Positions 62,156-64,000 of a DNA stretch of 64,000 nt are shown in pieces (positions within the stretch are counted from its first letter, which is position 1; every line of letters begins with the position of its first letter). Source of the DNA: Stegostoma tigrinum (Eukaryota). Position numbers and translations under genes: made by a program. A model generated the notes under the pieces. The model was not told the origin of the DNA, searched no databases, and worked only from the letters and a program-made list of their open reading frames with translations. The stretch lies in NCBI RefSeq assembly GCF_030684315.1, contig NC_081391.1, forward strand, positions 21,040,629 to 21,104,628, written 5' to 3'.

Positions 62156-63455
62156 ATGGCTTCCCGAGTGTGTCAGAACTACCACAAGGACTGTGAGGAT
62201 GCTGTTAACAAGCAGATCAACCTGGAGCTCTATTCCTCCTATGTTTACCTCTCCATGGTGAGCTTTGTGGAATTGAAGCCTGTGTGATAACAGTGTTGAC
62301 CTGTTTGGGGTTTTATGCTGGGTTAATGACTTAGCCGTAGCATGTATTGTTTTCTGTGGCCCTTCCCCTGATGCAATCTCGTGCAAGTCCTAACACTGAC
62401 TCTCTGTTCAGGTTTTGAACACTGTCTTAATATACAACTGGCTCCTGGGTGTGGATCCCCAGTTGTCCATCTCGAGACAGTGTCGCCCTTGGTGATTGTT
62501 TTCATTGAACTCTGGAGGGTTGAGCTGGTTTTGCTGATAAATTTAACTTGGTTATATCCCTTTTTCTTCAGAAAACCTTCCCTGGTAGGACACAAATGTA
62601 TCCTTTTGTTTGAACCTTGCCCCATTTGCCAGACTGGCTTATGTTCAAGATCTAAAGTTCCCTTAACTAAAAACAGCAACTGCTGGAAATCAAACAGCAA
62701 CAAGAATAGCTAGAAAAGTTCTACAGATCTGCAAGGAATGGTGGAAGAAATCCGGTCAAATTTTGGGTCCACTGACCCTTGCTCAGTGTGTTTTGTGAGC
62801 TATGAAAAGTGGCACACACTTGAAATATTAACTCGTGTACAACAAAGCAGTTAGAATTCTGTGTGGAGTGGGTGGTAGGACACTAGGGTTATTCAGGTGG
62901 GTGATGGTGATAATGAGGCTGCTGACTGAGATTTCTGGCTGTGTTAATGACTGACTGCATTATTCATAACACTTCATTCAGTTGGACAGGGGTCTAACTG
63001 GTCTCCATGTGCAGAACAGGGATATGTAATGGTTATAGACAGCTGTCCCCTTTGTGCACCATGCCACACTCTATCGCACCATCTTACCGAAACACAGGTG
63101 AGGGATTGCATTTGGCTTTTGTCCTTTTATTTCCAGAAGTCTGGCTAAGTATCTGTTATATGGGTTATAATCCACGGAAGGTGACTTCCTGGCTCTCTAG
63201 TTTTGTCCACTTAAATGTGGAGTCAAGATGGTGACTGGGTTAGTATCTGAGGACAGGCATTGATGTATTTCAGACATTTCCCTTTCTTGCCTCTTTACCC
63301 CTCGACAGGTCTCTTACTTTGACCAGGATGATGTTGCCCTGCGACACTTTGCTGAGTTCTTTAAGGAGCAGTCCCATGAGGAACGGGAACATGCGGAGAA
63401 ACTGATGGCATTCCAGAATAAACGTGGGGGCCGAGTCCTCCTGCAGGACATCAAG
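62156..63455 (+). CDS. ferritin subunit, copy A' (exons 1-2; remainder lies beyond the window)
   Basis: join(62156..62257,63309..63455). [13 protein letters not shown]...[11 protein letters not shown]|[28 protein letters not shown]... The window ends late in intron 2. Confidence 0.85.
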
Positions 63456-64000
63456 GTTGGATTCTGAAGCCTTCTGTTTGCAGCTTGTTGTGAGCAGCTA
63501 CAATCGACTGGTATCTCCATCTATTTAGCTTCAGGATTGAACAAACCCTGAGTGAAGGGGAGGGTGTTCCCCAAAATAGGATTCCCTTTCAGGCAAAAGG
63601 AAATACTTTGTCCTTGTGACTCTTCAGCAGAAGGCAATTGAAATGAACCAGAATAGGGAGTAGATTTTGCTGTGAATGACTCTTTGAGACAAGGTGAGGT
63701 AACAAAGTATGAAAGGGAACTTTTGCAGGTGTGGAAACTAGCAGTGTCCAGCCTTTGTGAATCTAGATGTTTCTGATAACTTGTGACAATTCCAAACACA
63801 ATAGGAAAGCCAGGAATTACTTCCATTGGTACCTATTCTCTGCATGTGAATTCTGAGAATCTACATTCACAGTAGAATGTGTTTAGAAAATTTCTTAATC
63901 CCTCAGTACAAAATCTAGGAGTCTTTCCCAAATTAACATTGGTTTGTAGTACCTCCTACAATGATGAGGGATGACTAACCAGTGTAGACTAATGACTCAA

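Overview
This is eukaryotic (vertebrate) DNA, most likely a shark or other elasmobranch, inferred from the CR1/HER1-type LINE tails and tRNA-derived SINEs. The whole window is a head-to-tail array of ten + strand ferritin loci, ordered A-B-C-D-E | B'-C'-D'-E' | A' (truncated by the window end). Intact copies have four coding exons (102/147/126/147 nt, phase-0 GT-AG introns) and encode 173 aa. A, B, D, B' and D' have complete reading frames, and A' is open as far as visible. C and C' lack the promoter and exon 1 and have a broken exon-2 acceptor. E and E' carry nonsense and frameshift lesions. The protein keeps all ferroxidase residues but has M/L-lineage features. The array is nested: a ~6.8 kb gene+spacer unit, an older ~11.9 kb two-gene duplication, and a near-identical 26-33 kb higher-order repeat. 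Spacers are CR1, SINE and other retroelement debris. Most notable points: (1) the TATA-proximal 5' UTRs contain no iron-responsive element, only a possible deleted relic; (2) exons are near-identical across paralogues whose introns cannot be aligned; (3) several copies are recombinant chimeras. Identities were judged by eye, not computed.
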